64,000 bases of DNA from a virus: positions 9,095 to 73,094 of IMG/VR virus record IMGVR_UViG_3300039210_000318; one strand, written 5' to 3'. The notes beneath the pieces were generated by a model. It was not told the origin of the DNA. It ran no database searches and worked only from the letters and a program-made list of their open reading frames with translations. Both the position numbers and the translations under genes were made by a program. This document shows positions 1 to 10,301 of the stretch, one piece after another (position 1 is the stretch's first letter; each line of letters opens with the position of its first letter).

Positions 1-97
1 ACGGCGCCTACTCGGCGGTGCTCTCGGCACTGAAGCGCACCTACCTCGGCCTGGGAGCCTCGCCGCCCTGCGCCGGCGAAGCGACGTTCTACCGCCA

Positions 98-2899
98 ATG
101 AGCGTCACCTTTCGCACACCCCTGGTCCGTGTCTACGTGGACAATCAGCAAGTCACGCAGGTGCTGTCGTGTACCGTCAACCTCGGCTACGACCTGGCAA
201 CGGCGCAGGCTGAAGTGCTCTGCCCGGTGCTACCGGCGTGGGCGCAACCATGGAGCACGGTCACTATCTCGCTCGGGGCGACCGCGCACGGCCTGGCGAC
301 TCGTTTCTCCGGCTTCCTCGTGGAATTCGACTACTCGCTCTACCCGCGCGCCGTAAAGCTGGTGTGCCGGGGCATGCTCATCCTGGCCGACCGCGACCAG
401 AACAGTACCGTTGGCGGCACCGACATGACCCTCGGCGGAGCCGGCCAGACCGACCAGGCTATGGTCACGTCCATGCTCTCCAATGCCGGGCTGGGGGGAG
501 CCTCCCAGCAGATCGGCGGCACCGGCAAGACGCTGGGCGCCGTCGCGACCGATCAGTTCTATTGGAATGAAGGGGAGAGCGCGCTGGCGTTCATCCAGCG
601 GCTTGAGCAGATCTGTCTCGGCTACCGCACCTATGAGGGTCCTGGGGGGACGCTCTACCGCAGCCTGATTACGCCGGTACCGACGGCCAGCGCCGCCCTG
701 TCCTTCACCGAAGGCGTCGACATAGAGCGCGGCACGCACCAGGACAGCATCCTGGACGTGGCAAACCGCGCCGTGGTGTCCGGCTATGATCCCGGCGACG
801 GCGGCGGGCCGTTCGGCTGCGTGAGCAGCGCCCCCAGCCCGTGGGTACCAAACGCCGGTTACATCACTTTTCAGGTCAATAGTTCGCTCATTGAGAAGGG
901 TCTCATCGCTGACGCCGGCTCCGGCCTGGCCTGCGAGGACGTGGCCGACTGGCAATTGGCGGTGCGGAACCGGCGCACCTACAAGGTGCAATTCACGACC
1001 CCCAGGGATGACCTGCTGGTCCCCGGCATGACCATCGGCGTGTCGAGCGGGCGCCTCAACGCCCAAACCAACTACTGGCTGCAACACGTGGACGTGTCGG
1101 TAGACGAGCAGGGGCAGTTCAGCCAGGTGGTGACCGGTGTCACCGGGTTGGGCGGCGGCGGTCCTATCACCGTGCCACAGAACCCGCTCGTTGACTTTTC
1201 CATGACGCTGGAGAGCGAGTCCGTGCTCGTCGCCGGGGTGGCTACCGTGCTCTATCTGGTCTCGTGTACGGCCTTGCCCATGCCCACCTCGGCGCCGATT
1301 ACGACCTACGCCTGGACGGCTGCCGGCGGCGGGGTACCGGCGAGCGGCAGCAAGACCACGTTTACCGTCGCGTTTACGTCCCTCGCCAGCGCCAGCATCA
1401 CGCTCCTCATCACGGACAGCGGCGGCAATACCGGCACTGTCACGAAGGCCCCCCCGGCGGCAACGGCGGCGGTCTACGCCAACCGCAAGCTCTACACCGC
1501 CGAGCCGACCCAGGCAGCGGAATTCACCGGGACGGCATGGGTAACGACAGCCCTGGCCGGCTGCGACGCCGTGGCGAACGCCCCGTGCTGGGCCAGCGGT
1601 GGAAACTTCCTGGGCAGCGTTGATGACATGGCGACCACCTTCACCTCTACCGCTCCCTCCACCGTAGGCACCATCAATGCCATCTGGGTAGAGACGGACG
1701 TGCTGTCCAGCCGGGTGCTGATCGGTGGCAGTACCGGCAACCTGGCCCTGAGCGCCGATGGCGGGCAAACCTGGCTGGCCGTCGCCGGCCCGGGTGGCGG
1801 CGCCATCCTGCGCGTCGTGATCAACCGCTTCCTCACGAGCCAGTGGTTCGTCTTGACGGCGAGCGGCCTCTACCGCACCGACAACGCCGGGGGAGGCTGG
1901 CTCACCACGCAGGCAGCCCAGGCAGGCGAGACCTTCGTGGAATACTCGGCGGGGGCGAACCGGGGGATGATCGGGATGCGCGGCGGGCGCATGCTGATCG
2001 ACCGGGATAGCGGGACCACGCAGACCTTCAGCGGAGCAACCGGGACCACGGGCATCGTGGCGGTGACAGCCGACATCAAGGAGGATCGCTTCTACGCGCT
2101 GAACCAGGCGGGGCAGGGCTACTATCACAGCGCCGCCGGGGGCAACGCCCTGGCGTCTGGTGCGCTCGCGCCGGCCGTCCCGGTTGACCGCGGCCTCTGG
2201 CGGGACGGCGCCCTACGCGACCTGCTCTACATGGCGTGCGGTACCGGCGGCCTCTACAAAAGCGTGGACGGCTTGCAAAGTGTCGGCGGCTTCTACTTGC
2301 TTCGCACGGCAGCCGTCAACGCCGTGGGCATCGACGGGCTGTTGTCCAACGGCCCGACCTGCGCCGCTCTGACTGGCAATCAATACCTCCGTTGCGAGGC
2401 GGACACCTATAGCAGCGAACCGGCCTCGCAGATCGTCGCGTCAACGACCACCATCCTCCAGGCGTTGTGGAACGGGACCAGCAATAATGCCCCGCCTTCC
2501 GGCTGGCAGACGGTGGGCTTCAACGACTCGGCCTGGGTGACTTTCACCGATGCGACGACGGCTTCCGGCGGCGGCGATACCTGGTGGGGGCCGTTCGGCC
2601 CCTACCCCAGGGGCGTCTGGAATGTGGCAAACAGCGGACCAGCGGCGGCGCAGGTCATATTCCGGCAGCACTTTACGATGACCAAGAAGCCAAACTCCGT
2701 GTTGCTCGGCCTGGACGGGCCGGGAGCCGACGTCTACATCAACGGCCTGTTGGTGTTTAGCAACCTCGCTACCAGCGGCTCGTTCACGGTCCCGGCGTCG
2801 GTATTCAAGTGCGGGGCCAACGTCATTGCCGTTTGGTCAGGGAAGGGAGCCGCTGGCTCGCCGTTCCGTTTCGCCTCTTGGCAACTCAGCTTCTCGTAG
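98..2899 (+). CDS. Phage tail protein (N-terminal tail hub/late-control-D-like region, PKD/Ig-like segment, beta-propeller, C-terminal carbohydrate-binding-like domain)
   Basis: 933-aa Gly/Thr/Ala-rich ORF; SxDGGxTW and RTDNAGGGW propeller-type repeats; lies upstream of the fibre and lysis genes. Confidence 0.7.
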   Translation: MSVTFRTPLVRVYVDNQQVTQVLSCTVNLGYDLATAQAEVLCPVLPAWAQPWSTVTISLGATAHGLATRFSGFLVEFDYSLYPRAVKLVCRGMLILADRDQNSTVGGTDMTLGGAGQTDQAMVTSMLSNAGLGGASQQIGGTGKTLGAVATDQFYWNEGESALAFIQRLEQICLGYRTYEGPGGTLYRSLITPVPTASAALSFTEGVDIERGTHQDSILDVANRAVVSGYDPGDGGGPFGCVSSAPSPWVPNAGYITFQVNSSLIEKGLIADAGSGLACEDVADWQLAVRNRRTYKVQFTTPRDDLLVPGMTIGVSSGRLNAQTNYWLQHVDVSVDEQGQFSQVVTGVTGLGGGGPITVPQNPLVDFSMTLESESVLVAGVATVLYLVSCTALPMPTSAPITTYAWTAAGGGVPASGSKTTFTVAFTSLASASITLLITDSGGNTGTVTKAPPAATAAVYANRKLYTAEPTQAAEFTGTAWVTTALAGCDAVANAPCWASGGNFLGSVDDMATTFTSTAPSTVGTINAIWVETDVLSSRVLIGGSTGNLALSADGGQTWLAVAGPGGGAILRVVINRFLTSQWFVLTASGLYRTDNAGGGWLTTQAAQAGETFVEYSAGANRGMIGMRGGRMLIDRDSGTTQTFSGATGTTGIVAVTADIKEDRFYALNQAGQGYYHSAAGGNALASGALAPAVPVDRGLWRDGALRDLLYMACGTGGLYKSVDGLQSVGGFYLLRTAAVNAVGIDGLLSNGPTCAALTGNQYLRCEADTYSSEPASQIVASTTTILQALWNGTSNNAPPSGWQTVGFNDSAWVTFTDATTASGGGDTWWGPFGPYPRGVWNVANSGPAAAQVIFRQHFTMTKKPNSVLLGLDGPGADVYINGLLVFSNLATSGSFTVPASVFKCGANVIAVWSGKGAAGSPFRFASWQLSFS

Positions 2900-2903
2900 G
2901 GGC

Positions 2904-5444
2904 ATGGACATGGAACCGCAGCAGTCTCAACTCAGTGGAAGCACGCTCACGCCTTCCGGTGGCGGCGGCGGTGGAGCGCCGGCCAGCGCGGCCTCGGCGT
3001 TAGGGGTAATGTGGCGCTCGCTCTATGCCCGCGTGCAGGAGATGATCGACGCCAGCATCCAGGCATACTTCGGCAATAGCTTCCGGGGGGGCAAATTCCA
3101 GGCGAGCGCCCTCACCGGCACGCTGCCTCCTAGTGTGGGTTTCAAGAACCCGATGACGACGTCAGGCGACCTTATCACGGGAGGGACGGCAGGCGTACCG
3201 GCGCGCCTGGGGATTGGCGCCAACACGCAGGTGCTCACGAGTAACGGCACAGCCGCGGCGTGGGCAACCCCGACGCCGCCAGGTATGACCAATCCCATGA
3301 CCCAGCCAGGCGACCTGATCGCCGGGGGCACGGCCGGCGCGCCGGGACGGCTGGCGAGCACGGCGATGGGGCGGGAGTTGGGCCTGGTTAGCGGCGCGCC
3401 GTACCTCGGCGCCCCCGCCGCGCCAACCGTCAACACGGCGACCACCGGGGGGACGGTGGGGGCCTTTTCCGGCTACGCCACTGTCACCTACGTCAACGCA
3501 CAGGGCGAGACCACGGCATCAGCGAACACCTTGATTAGCCTCTCCGGCTCCACTAACGTCATCACCATCGTCTCTCCCTCTGCCTCTGGCACCGGGAGTC
3601 AGGCGGCGACGGCTTACTACGTCTACATGACCAAAGGCGACGGCAGCGGCTTCCCCTGGTTCCTGCAGCAGGCGGCGGGTAGCCCAACCCCGCTCGGTAC
3701 CAACTACGTGATGAGCGCCCAGCCGAACCAGACCGGCGCGGCGCAACCGGCATCCAATACGGCCGGCTCAGCCATCCCGGCATGGATCGTGCCGCCGACG
3801 AGCGGGCTAGTCGACCCCATGACCACGCGCGGCGACCTGATTGCCCGGTTGGCCGGGGGGACGGGCAGGTTGGCGCTCGGGGCGAGCGGCTACGTCCTGA
3901 CCAGCAACGGCACGGATGCGGTGTGGGCAGCGGCCACCGGCGGCTTCACTAATCCTATGACCACGCTGGGAGACACGATCATCGGCGGCGCGGCCGGCGC
4001 AGCCACGCGGCTGCCGATCGGCACCACTGGACAGGTGTTGTCGGTGGTGTCCGGTAGCCCGGCCTGGGCGGCGGCCAGCGGTGGGGGAGGTAGCACGTCG
4101 GTAGTCCCGGCAACCTACTCCGTCATCTTGACCGCAGGGGCAGCGGTGACAGATAGCTCGACGGCTTACGACATGCCCGGCTTGTCTATTGCCAACGTGC
4201 CGGTCGGCACCTACCACTTCTCGCTGTCCATTCTGGCCGGGACAAAGAGCGGCGGGTATGGCGTCAATATCACTGATGGGTCCAATACGAACCTCTGGCC
4301 CACGGCGACCGCGGAGCGCTTCGAGACCTTCACCGACAGTGACGGCTTCGTACAAATGGTGCAGTCCGGCATCTTCACAACGACGGCGGCGGGCACGGTG
4401 AAGGTGCGGGCGGCTGCGTCTGCTGCCGTTGGCAACTACACGGTCTATGACCGCCAACTCACGCTGTTGAACCTGTCTGCTGGCGGCGGGGGCACCGGGG
4501 GCATGGTCCCCCTCCAGGAGATTGTGCTGACCGCGGCTCAGGCGACCATCGCCTTTAGCAGCATCCCGGCGACCTACCGCAACCTCCGAGTGACCTGGCA
4601 GGCCCGCACTACATCAACCTCTAACGGGGACGATGACCTGCGCTTGACAGTCAACGGGGACACCGCAGCGCACTACCTTGATATCTACGACGCCGGGAAC
4701 GGCTCGTCGGCGCTGTCCGGCTCGGCTGGACCGGTGGCCTTTTCCCGCGTGGGCCATGTGGCGGGCGGCAGCAGCACCGCGGGATACCCCGGCAACGGCT
4801 CGTTGCTCATCCCGAACTACACCTCAACTGTCTTTGACAAGACGTGGGAGGCGCACTCCTACGGTGCGCCCGGTCTGTACTGGCTGGATTTCGGCGGGCT
4901 GTGGCAGAGCACCGTGGCGATTAACGCCCTCACGTTTGCTCTCTCTGCCGGCAACTTCGCCATCGGGACGGTCTTCACGCTATGGGCAGATGCGAGCACG
5001 CCCAGTAGCGGTACCGGCAGCGTCAACAAGGTGCAGTTGGACTATCAGGCCAGCGTCAACAGCACGGTTTCAAGCCTGGTGGCGAATACCTGGACGACCA
5101 TCTTTCCCGTCCAGTCGTTCAATGTAGACCTGGCTGGCAGCATCATCGAGGTAGATGTGGGTGGGTTCATCCAGATCGGGAATAACGCCACCTCCACGAC
5201 TATGTTTGCTCGCTTGATTGTGGACAGCACCACCTATTCGACGCTCTCTGGCACCTATATCGGCGGCTCGACATGGGGCAACGCGCTCTCCGGTGCGAGC
5301 ACGAAGATATTGACCGGGTTGTCGGTAGGGTCACACACGATCAACGTGCAATTCTTTACCGACCAGAACACCTCCGTTATCGCTGATGTAAGCAGCGGCG
5401 TCTATCGGAGTTTTGCCATCCGGGTCCTGGAGCGAAAGCAGTAG
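2904..5444 (+). CDS. Tail fibre / receptor-binding protein
   Basis: Four NPMTTxGDLI-GG-AG-RL-IG-GQVLT fibre repeats (near 3147, 3291, 3813, 3951) followed by three beta-rich modules; ATG at 2904/2910 just after the previous stop. Confidence 0.75.
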   Translation: MDMEPQQSQLSGSTLTPSGGGGGGAPASAASALGVMWRSLYARVQEMIDASIQAYFGNSFRGGKFQASALTGTLPPSVGFKNPMTTSGDLITGGTAGVPARLGIGANTQVLTSNGTAAAWATPTPPGMTNPMTQPGDLIAGGTAGAPGRLASTAMGRELGLVSGAPYLGAPAAPTVNTATTGGTVGAFSGYATVTYVNAQGETTASANTLISLSGSTNVITIVSPSASGTGSQAATAYYVYMTKGDGSGFPWFLQQAAGSPTPLGTNYVMSAQPNQTGAAQPASNTAGSAIPAWIVPPTSGLVDPMTTRGDLIARLAGGTGRLALGASGYVLTSNGTDAVWAAATGGFTNPMTTLGDTIIGGAAGAATRLPIGTTGQVLSVVSGSPAWAAASGGGGSTSVVPATYSVILTAGAAVTDSSTAYDMPGLSIANVPVGTYHFSLSILAGTKSGGYGVNITDGSNTNLWPTATAERFETFTDSDGFVQMVQSGIFTTTAAGTVKVRAAASAAVGNYTVYDRQLTLLNLSAGGGGTGGMVPLQEIVLTAAQATIAFSSIPATYRNLRVTWQARTTSTSNGDDDLRLTVNGDTAAHYLDIYDAGNGSSALSGSAGPVAFSRVGHVAGGSSTAGYPGNGSLLIPNYTSTVFDKTWEAHSYGAPGLYWLDFGGLWQSTVAINALTFALSAGNFAIGTVFTLWADASTPSSGTGSVNKVQLDYQASVNSTVSSLVANTWTTIFPVQSFNVDLAGSIIEVDVGGFIQIGNNATSTTMFARLIVDSTTYSTLSGTYIGGSTWGNALSGASTKILTGLSVGSHTINVQFFTDQNTSVIADVSSGVYRSFAIRVLERKQ

Positions 5445-5522
5445 CGCGCCCGTCCGCTGACATCTCCGGCAGCGGCGCCCTCCTCCGCTCGTAGGGTGAA
5501 TGACAACGAAGGAGGAACGTTT

Positions 5523-5813
5523 ATGACACCCATGCGCTACCCGGAAGACTACGATCTAGAGCCGTCGGACCGTCCGACAACCGACGTGCCGTTGACCCTC
5601 ATGGAGGTCATGTGCCTGCAAGACATGACCCGGAACAGTCAGACCTATGACGGCTGGTACGTCGGCGGTCCGCTGAACGACAAGCTGGCCGAGGCCAAGC
5701 GGTCGCTGCAGTACCAACACCACCTACAGCGCCGTCCCGCGCTCGCCGCGGAATTGGCGTCCATCCTGAGCGGCGCGTTCGCCGTCGCGGAGGCGTCTCC
5801 TCCCGGCGACTAG
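5523..5813 (+). CDS. Hypothetical protein
   Basis: GAAGGAGG RBS before the ATG; co-directional with the tail genes. Confidence 0.55.
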   Translation: MTPMRYPEDYDLEPSDRPTTDVPLTLMEVMCLQDMTRNSQTYDGWYVGGPLNDKLAEAKRSLQYQHHLQRRPALAAELASILSGAFAVAEASPPGD

Positions 5814-5851
5814 TGGCGCGCCGCTCCCCTACGCTGGAGACCCCCCTTGCC

Positions 5852-6331
5852 ATGCCCCCTCTCACCGACTTCAACTTCGCGTTTTCCGGCGTGGCCGGCG
5901 TCGCCATTGGGGGGGCACTCGCCTTCCTGAACGGACGCGCAACCCGGCGAGCCGACTCCATCGAAGCCATCGTCAAAGAGCGCACCGCCGCCGTCCATAG
6001 CGATGCCCAGGACGCCGCGGAAGTAGCCACCGCCGCCATTACGTCCGCCGATGCGAAAGCGGCCAGGCTGGATAAGGCGTACTGGACGCTCGTAGAGGAA
6101 ATCCAGGGGGAGCAGGTCCGGCTACGCGGCGAATTGCTCGCCGTGCGCGCCGAGATCGCCGCGCTGCGCGCCAGCGAAGGCAGCCTCCTTGAACAGAACG
6201 CCGCGCTGCGCAGCGAAAACAACGCCTTGCGGGCCCGGGTGCTCGAGCTGGAGCGCCAGATGAACCTGCGCTCCGATTCCACGACGTCGACCACTACCAC
6301 AACCGCGACCGCTACGACGGTCGTGTCCTAA
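5852..6331 (+). CDS. Membrane-anchored coiled-coil protein (holin/lysis-associated)
   Basis: N-terminal hydrophobic segment (FAFSGVAGVAIGGALAFL) followed by a long heptad coiled coil; precedes lysin-like genes. Confidence 0.5.
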   Translation: MPPLTDFNFAFSGVAGVAIGGALAFLNGRATRRADSIEAIVKERTAAVHSDAQDAAEVATAAITSADAKAARLDKAYWTLVEEIQGEQVRLRGELLAVRAEIAALRASEGSLLEQNAALRSENNALRARVLELERQMNLRSDSTTSTTTTTATATTVVS

Positions 6332-6532
6332 GAGCGAAAGGACCCGCTATGCCTGACCCGTTGCGCGGTACCTGCGATACCTGCAGGGAGCCGGACCTGG
6401 CCGTGTGGCTCCTCGTGAGTCCCATGGGTAAAACCTACCGGCGCTGCGAGGGGTGCCTCCCCCCGGTGGCCCTGAATATCGTCTCGCGTTCGGCGGCGAG
6501 CCTGGCGGCGAGCCGGGGCTTGCGTTTGCTCC

Positions 6533-7798
6533 GTGGCGGCCGTGCCGCAGCCTAGCACCCGCTACCTGCTGAACATCCAGCCAGAAACGCTCGTGTCCGG
6601 AGACCCGGCATTGCTGGCGGCAGCGGTAGACGGCGCCGTCTGGATCGTCCAGCCCTGGACGGAGCAGACGGCGCGTACCCTGCGCGACCGCTGGCCGGGC
6701 ACGCATCTGGTGCGTCCGTACCCGGCGCCGTGGGACGGCTTCGATTGCTCGGGCTGGGACGGCATCATCCTGGGCAACGAGCCGAACCTCCCCCCCGCCG
6801 ACGAGGCCGACTCCTGGGGCGCCGACCCCGCCGGCTACGTCACCGCCAGGCTGGCCGTCCTGGCCAGCCTGCGGCGCGCCACCCCCGGCGCGCGCTTCCT
6901 CCCCCCGGCTGTCGCGCCGGTAGGGCGTTGGGAGGATGCCCTGGCCCTGCTCGCGCCGCTGGTACGGGCGTGCGGCGTCGGGAACGTCCATCGTTACCAC
7001 GGCCAGGACGGCCTGCCGACCGCCCGCACGGTGCTCCCCGGCATCGCTGAGTGGTGGGTAACAGAGCAAAACTGGCCGGGTGGGGACTGGCTCTGGCAAA
7101 CGGGAGATGCCGCGGGCATCGCCGGTTTCGCCGCACGTTGGAGCGGCCATGCCGCTGCCGGGCTGGACGCTCTCGCCCAGCCATCAGTACTCGCCCGCTT
7201 CGCGGCGGTGCGCCAGGAAAGGGATACTCCCGTGTTGCACGTGCCTACTGCTTTTGATACCCAGATTGGCCCGGATGGTTCCGGACACGACCGCTGCGCC
7301 GAAGCCTGCATGGCGTCCACTTTGCTCGATCCGGGGGGCTGGCAGAGCGACCCCTACCAACTGCTGCTGGCCGTCACGGACAAGAGCAACACGCTGCGGG
7401 CTGCTGCCGGCGACGCCTCGCGCGTCGAGACCAGCGGCACGACCAGCGCGCAATTGATCTCCCTGGCCCAGAGCTACGGCTTCCAGGCGCAGACATGGAC
7501 GGACTGGCAGGAAGGCGTGGACGCCCTCGCCGCCGGTAAGGTGGTGCTCTGCCTCAATATGAACGCGCTGCTGCGCCCGACCAACTACCCGGCGACGGCG
7601 GGCTGGTTTGCCGAGCATTGGGTGCGCCTGCGCCAGGTTGTGGACGGCGACTATTGCTTGCTGTTTGACCCGCTAACCTACGTGCCGCAAGCGGACGGCA
7701 CCGTGTATCAGGGTCCGACCATCCAGACCATTGCCAGCCTCCAGGCGGCAATCCAGGCCACTCCGAACGCGGAGGCCGGCATCCTGGTTTGGAGGTAG
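6533..7798 (+). CDS. Putative endolysin: glycoside-hydrolase-like domain plus C39-like cysteine peptidase
   Basis: ILGNEPN, VHRY and WVTE motifs (clan GH-A-like); C-terminal Q..C(AEAC)..HW..DP papain-fold motifs. Confidence 0.6.
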   Translation: MAAVPQPSTRYLLNIQPETLVSGDPALLAAAVDGAVWIVQPWTEQTARTLRDRWPGTHLVRPYPAPWDGFDCSGWDGIILGNEPNLPPADEADSWGADPAGYVTARLAVLASLRRATPGARFLPPAVAPVGRWEDALALLAPLVRACGVGNVHRYHGQDGLPTARTVLPGIAEWWVTEQNWPGGDWLWQTGDAAGIAGFAARWSGHAAAGLDALAQPSVLARFAAVRQERDTPVLHVPTAFDTQIGPDGSGHDRCAEACMASTLLDPGGWQSDPYQLLLAVTDKSNTLRAAAGDASRVETSGTTSAQLISLAQSYGFQAQTWTDWQEGVDALAAGKVVLCLNMNALLRPTNYPATAGWFAEHWVRLRQVVDGDYCLLFDPLTYVPQADGTVYQGPTIQTIASLQAAIQATPNAEAGILVWR

Positions 7799-7801
7799 CC
7801 C

Positions 7802-8254
7802 ATGGTGGCCTGCCTCCCGACCCCACCACGCAGCCGCCTCCTGTGGCTGCTCTGCCTCCTGGCGGTGCTCTGGACGCTCTGGCGCGTTGCGCCGGCGCAT
7901 GCCGCCGGCCAGACCAGCGCCGCTCCTAACCCGTTTCCCTGGGGCCAATGCACCTGGTGGGCTGCCCAGGAACGCCCCGACCTGATTGGCGCGGTCTGGG
8001 GAGACGCCGAGGCATGGGCATGGGAGGCCGGCGCCGCCGGGCGGCGCGTGGATACCTCCCCGGCGCCGGGGGCCATCCTGGTGCTACCGGCGTGGTCCTT
8101 CGGCGCCTGGGGCGCCGGGCACGTCGCCTACGTGGTCGCCGTTGGCCGGCTCGGCTGGGTGCTCGTCTCCGAGATGGACTGGCAACCCTGGGGGCCAGGC
8201 GTCAACGACTACCGCTGGGTCTGGACCGGCTGGGGCGTGTCCTACATCCATTAG
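7802..8254 (+). CDS. CHAP-domain cell-wall amidase/peptidase with signal peptide
   Basis: NPFPWGQCTWWA, GDAEAW, GHVAYV and VSEMDW are canonical CHAP motifs. Confidence 0.88.
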   Translation: MVACLPTPPRSRLLWLLCLLAVLWTLWRVAPAHAAGQTSAAPNPFPWGQCTWWAAQERPDLIGAVWGDAEAWAWEAGAAGRRVDTSPAPGAILVLPAWSFGAWGAGHVAYVVAVGRLGWVLVSEMDWQPWGPGVNDYRWVWTGWGVSYIH

Positions 8255-8285
8255 CATGTGCCCGCCCGGCACAGAAAGTACTAAC

Positions 8286-9068
8286 GTGATCGCCCTCGTG
8301 CTCGTGCCGTCCAGCGGCAACCTCGTCGGCACGCTGATCGCCGCCGGGGGGCGAGATCCCATCGTGCATATCGCCATCGACATGGGCGACGGCACGGTGA
8401 TCGAGGAGCGTGGGAACGGCCTCACCAGGTCGCCGGCTACCGTCTACGACTCCTCCTTCCGGCGCTGGGCCTTGTCGCTCACGCCGGAGCAGGAGCAGGA
8501 GATGCACTCCTACCTGGTGGCTCGGCTGGTGTTGGACGCTGTTGATCGACAGTCGCCCGGGCCGCAGGCGTTGCGCTACGACTACCTCCAGGTGGTCCTG
8601 GACGGGTGGAACCTGCTCACCGGGCAGGAGCGGTGTAGCCCGTTGAAAGGACGAGCCGATTGCAGCGGCATAGCGGCAGAGGCGTGCGCGGCGGTGGGCT
8701 ACTGGCCCATGCCGTTCCCGTTGCGTCTGGCGGCGGCGGTGCGTCCCGACCAGTGGCACGACATTGTGGACGGCCGGCCGCTGCGCGGTGGCCGGCTGCC
8801 TGATATGAGCGGAGTAGTGATGCTGATACCCAGACCGTACCTGTTGCTGGCCGAGAGTGTCGGCGTGGGCGTGCTCGCTGCCGGCGGGGATGCCGTGCAG
8901 ACTCATCTGCTGAACGCGACCAGCGTGCCGACCCTTCAGACGGTGGGCGGCTGGTTCGTGGCCGGCGCGCTGTCCTGGGCGGTGGCAAACCTGCGCTCCA
9001 CCTATGCCACGCTGCTGGCCGGGGGCACGAAAACGGCGGGGGCCAGCCCCGTACCAACCCCCCGGTAG
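8286..9068 (+). CDS. Permuted papain-like (YiiX/NlpC-P60-like) enzyme with a C-terminal hydrophobic holin-like region
   Basis: HIAIDMGDGTVIE, YDY and DCSG in His-before-Cys order; two hydrophobic helices at the C-terminus; GTG start at 8286. Confidence 0.55.
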   Translation: MIALVLVPSSGNLVGTLIAAGGRDPIVHIAIDMGDGTVIEERGNGLTRSPATVYDSSFRRWALSLTPEQEQEMHSYLVARLVLDAVDRQSPGPQALRYDYLQVVLDGWNLLTGQERCSPLKGRADCSGIAAEACAAVGYWPMPFPLRLAAAVRPDQWHDIVDGRPLRGGRLPDMSGVVMLIPRPYLLLAESVGVGVLAAGGDAVQTHLLNATSVPTLQTVGGWFVAGALSWAVANLRSTYATLLAGGTKTAGASPVPTPR

Positions 9069-9146
9069 GACGGAGCCGGCTCCCCGCCGGCCTCGGTAAA
9101 GCGCTGTGCCCCGCTTGTCAGACGGGGGCCAGGCGCAAGGCCACGC

Positions 9147-9404
9147 TTAGCTGGTGTTCCCTGCCAGCATGGCCTTGGTCTTGACGGCGCGCGTCTGCTG
9201 CACTGCCATTTGCAGTTGCGAGCAGAGGGTGCCGAGGCTCTCCATCTGGGTCATTAGGGGACCCGACTGGAATGCTTCGAAGTCGGGGTGCGTCCGAATG
9301 CCGGGATCGTTGAGGACGCCAGTTAGCTGGTTCATCCCCGTATCGATCTGCCGGATTGTCCGCTCGACATCTTGCTGCCAGTAGGGACCTAGAGCTTGCG
9401 CCAC
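9147..9404 (-). CDS. Hypothetical helical protein
   Basis: GGAAGGAGG RBS before a GTG at 9404, inside the listed 9147-9731 ORF. Confidence 0.5.
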   Translation of the reverse strand: MAQALGPYWQQDVERTIRQIDTGMNQLTGVLNDPGIRTHPDFEAFQSGPLMTQMESLGTLCSQLQMAVQQTRAVKTKAMLAGNTS

Positions 9405-9839
9405 GAGGCCTCCTTCCCGTCCGGCCTGGGTGGCCGTCCGTCTGTTGTCTGACCGTCCCCCCCATGAGCACGGTTCTGACACAGGGATCATACCGTACCG
9501 GAGCACAGTACGGTACCCCCCCGTTAAAAGGCAGCAGCCAGGGCCAGGGCGACCAGCGTGCAGAGCATGGCCCAGGCCACCGCCGACGCCCAGACCCACC
9601 CCCACATTACGCCGGCCAGCCCCAGCAGCACCGTCACTGCCCAATAGAGCGAGAGCCAGGTAGACGCCACCCGGCGCCGGCCGCGCTGGCTGTTCATGGC
9701 CGATGCCCGAAGTTCGTACTGTCCTCCGCAACCCCCCCGGCGTGCGGTGCTACGTGCTGCTGCTGGCGGGGTAGCCGGTACCGGGGGGAGTGGGAGGGCA
9801 AAAGGCCGTGTGAGGCAACGTCAAGCGTTTCTGGCGCTT

Positions 9840-10301
9840 TCATGCTGCGCTGTCTGTGGCTGCCGGGGTGGCTACCGGCTGCTTGTGGCGGGTGATGCGC
9901 AGGCCCCCGGCGCGGGTGCTCTCGGTGCGGCAGGCTTCGAGGGAGGCGGCTATCTCGCTCTCGCCGGCAGCAACGAGGGAGTGCATGAGCGCGTCGGTGC
10001 GCTTGCGGTCGTAGGTGGTGGTACGCGCCGGCTGCTGCCAGGCGAACTCGCCGTACCAGGGGAAGTCGTGGTTCTTGCCGGAGGCCTGTAGCAACGCCTC
10101 GGCCAGCTTCCGCATGGTGGCCCGGCAGCGGTCTATCGGCTCGCAGGCGGCGTCCAGGGCGGCTAGCACCACGGCGCAGCGTTCGATGGCTGCGCCGGGA
10201 TCGATGAGGCCGTCGCCCCACAATGAGAAGCCGTCGATGGCGTCCAGCTCGAGTGTGTCAACGAGCGCGGCGTTGACGATCGTGTCCTGGTCCTGGGTCA
10301 T
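9840..10301 (-). CDS. Hypothetical protein
   Basis: AGAAAGGA RBS; start overlaps the stop of the upstream paralogue. Confidence 0.6.
   Translation of the reverse strand: MTQDQDTIVNAALVDTLELDAIDGFSLWGDGLIDPGAAIERCAVVLAALDAACEPIDRCRATMRKLAEALLQASGKNHDFPWYGEFAWQQPARTTTYDRKRTDALMHSLVAAGESEIAASLEACRTESTRAGGLRITRHKQPVATPAATDSAA

Noticed and set aside
230-2128. Long antisense ORFs (also 13796-14653, 58421-59563, 61206-62999 and others)
   Set aside because: They are shadow frames of well-supported genes in high-GC DNA and carry no motifs.
2904-5444. Diversity-generating retroelement acting on the tail fibre
   Set aside because: There is no reverse transcriptase and no TR/VR pair differing at adenines. 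The repeats are ordinary protein-level fibre repeats.
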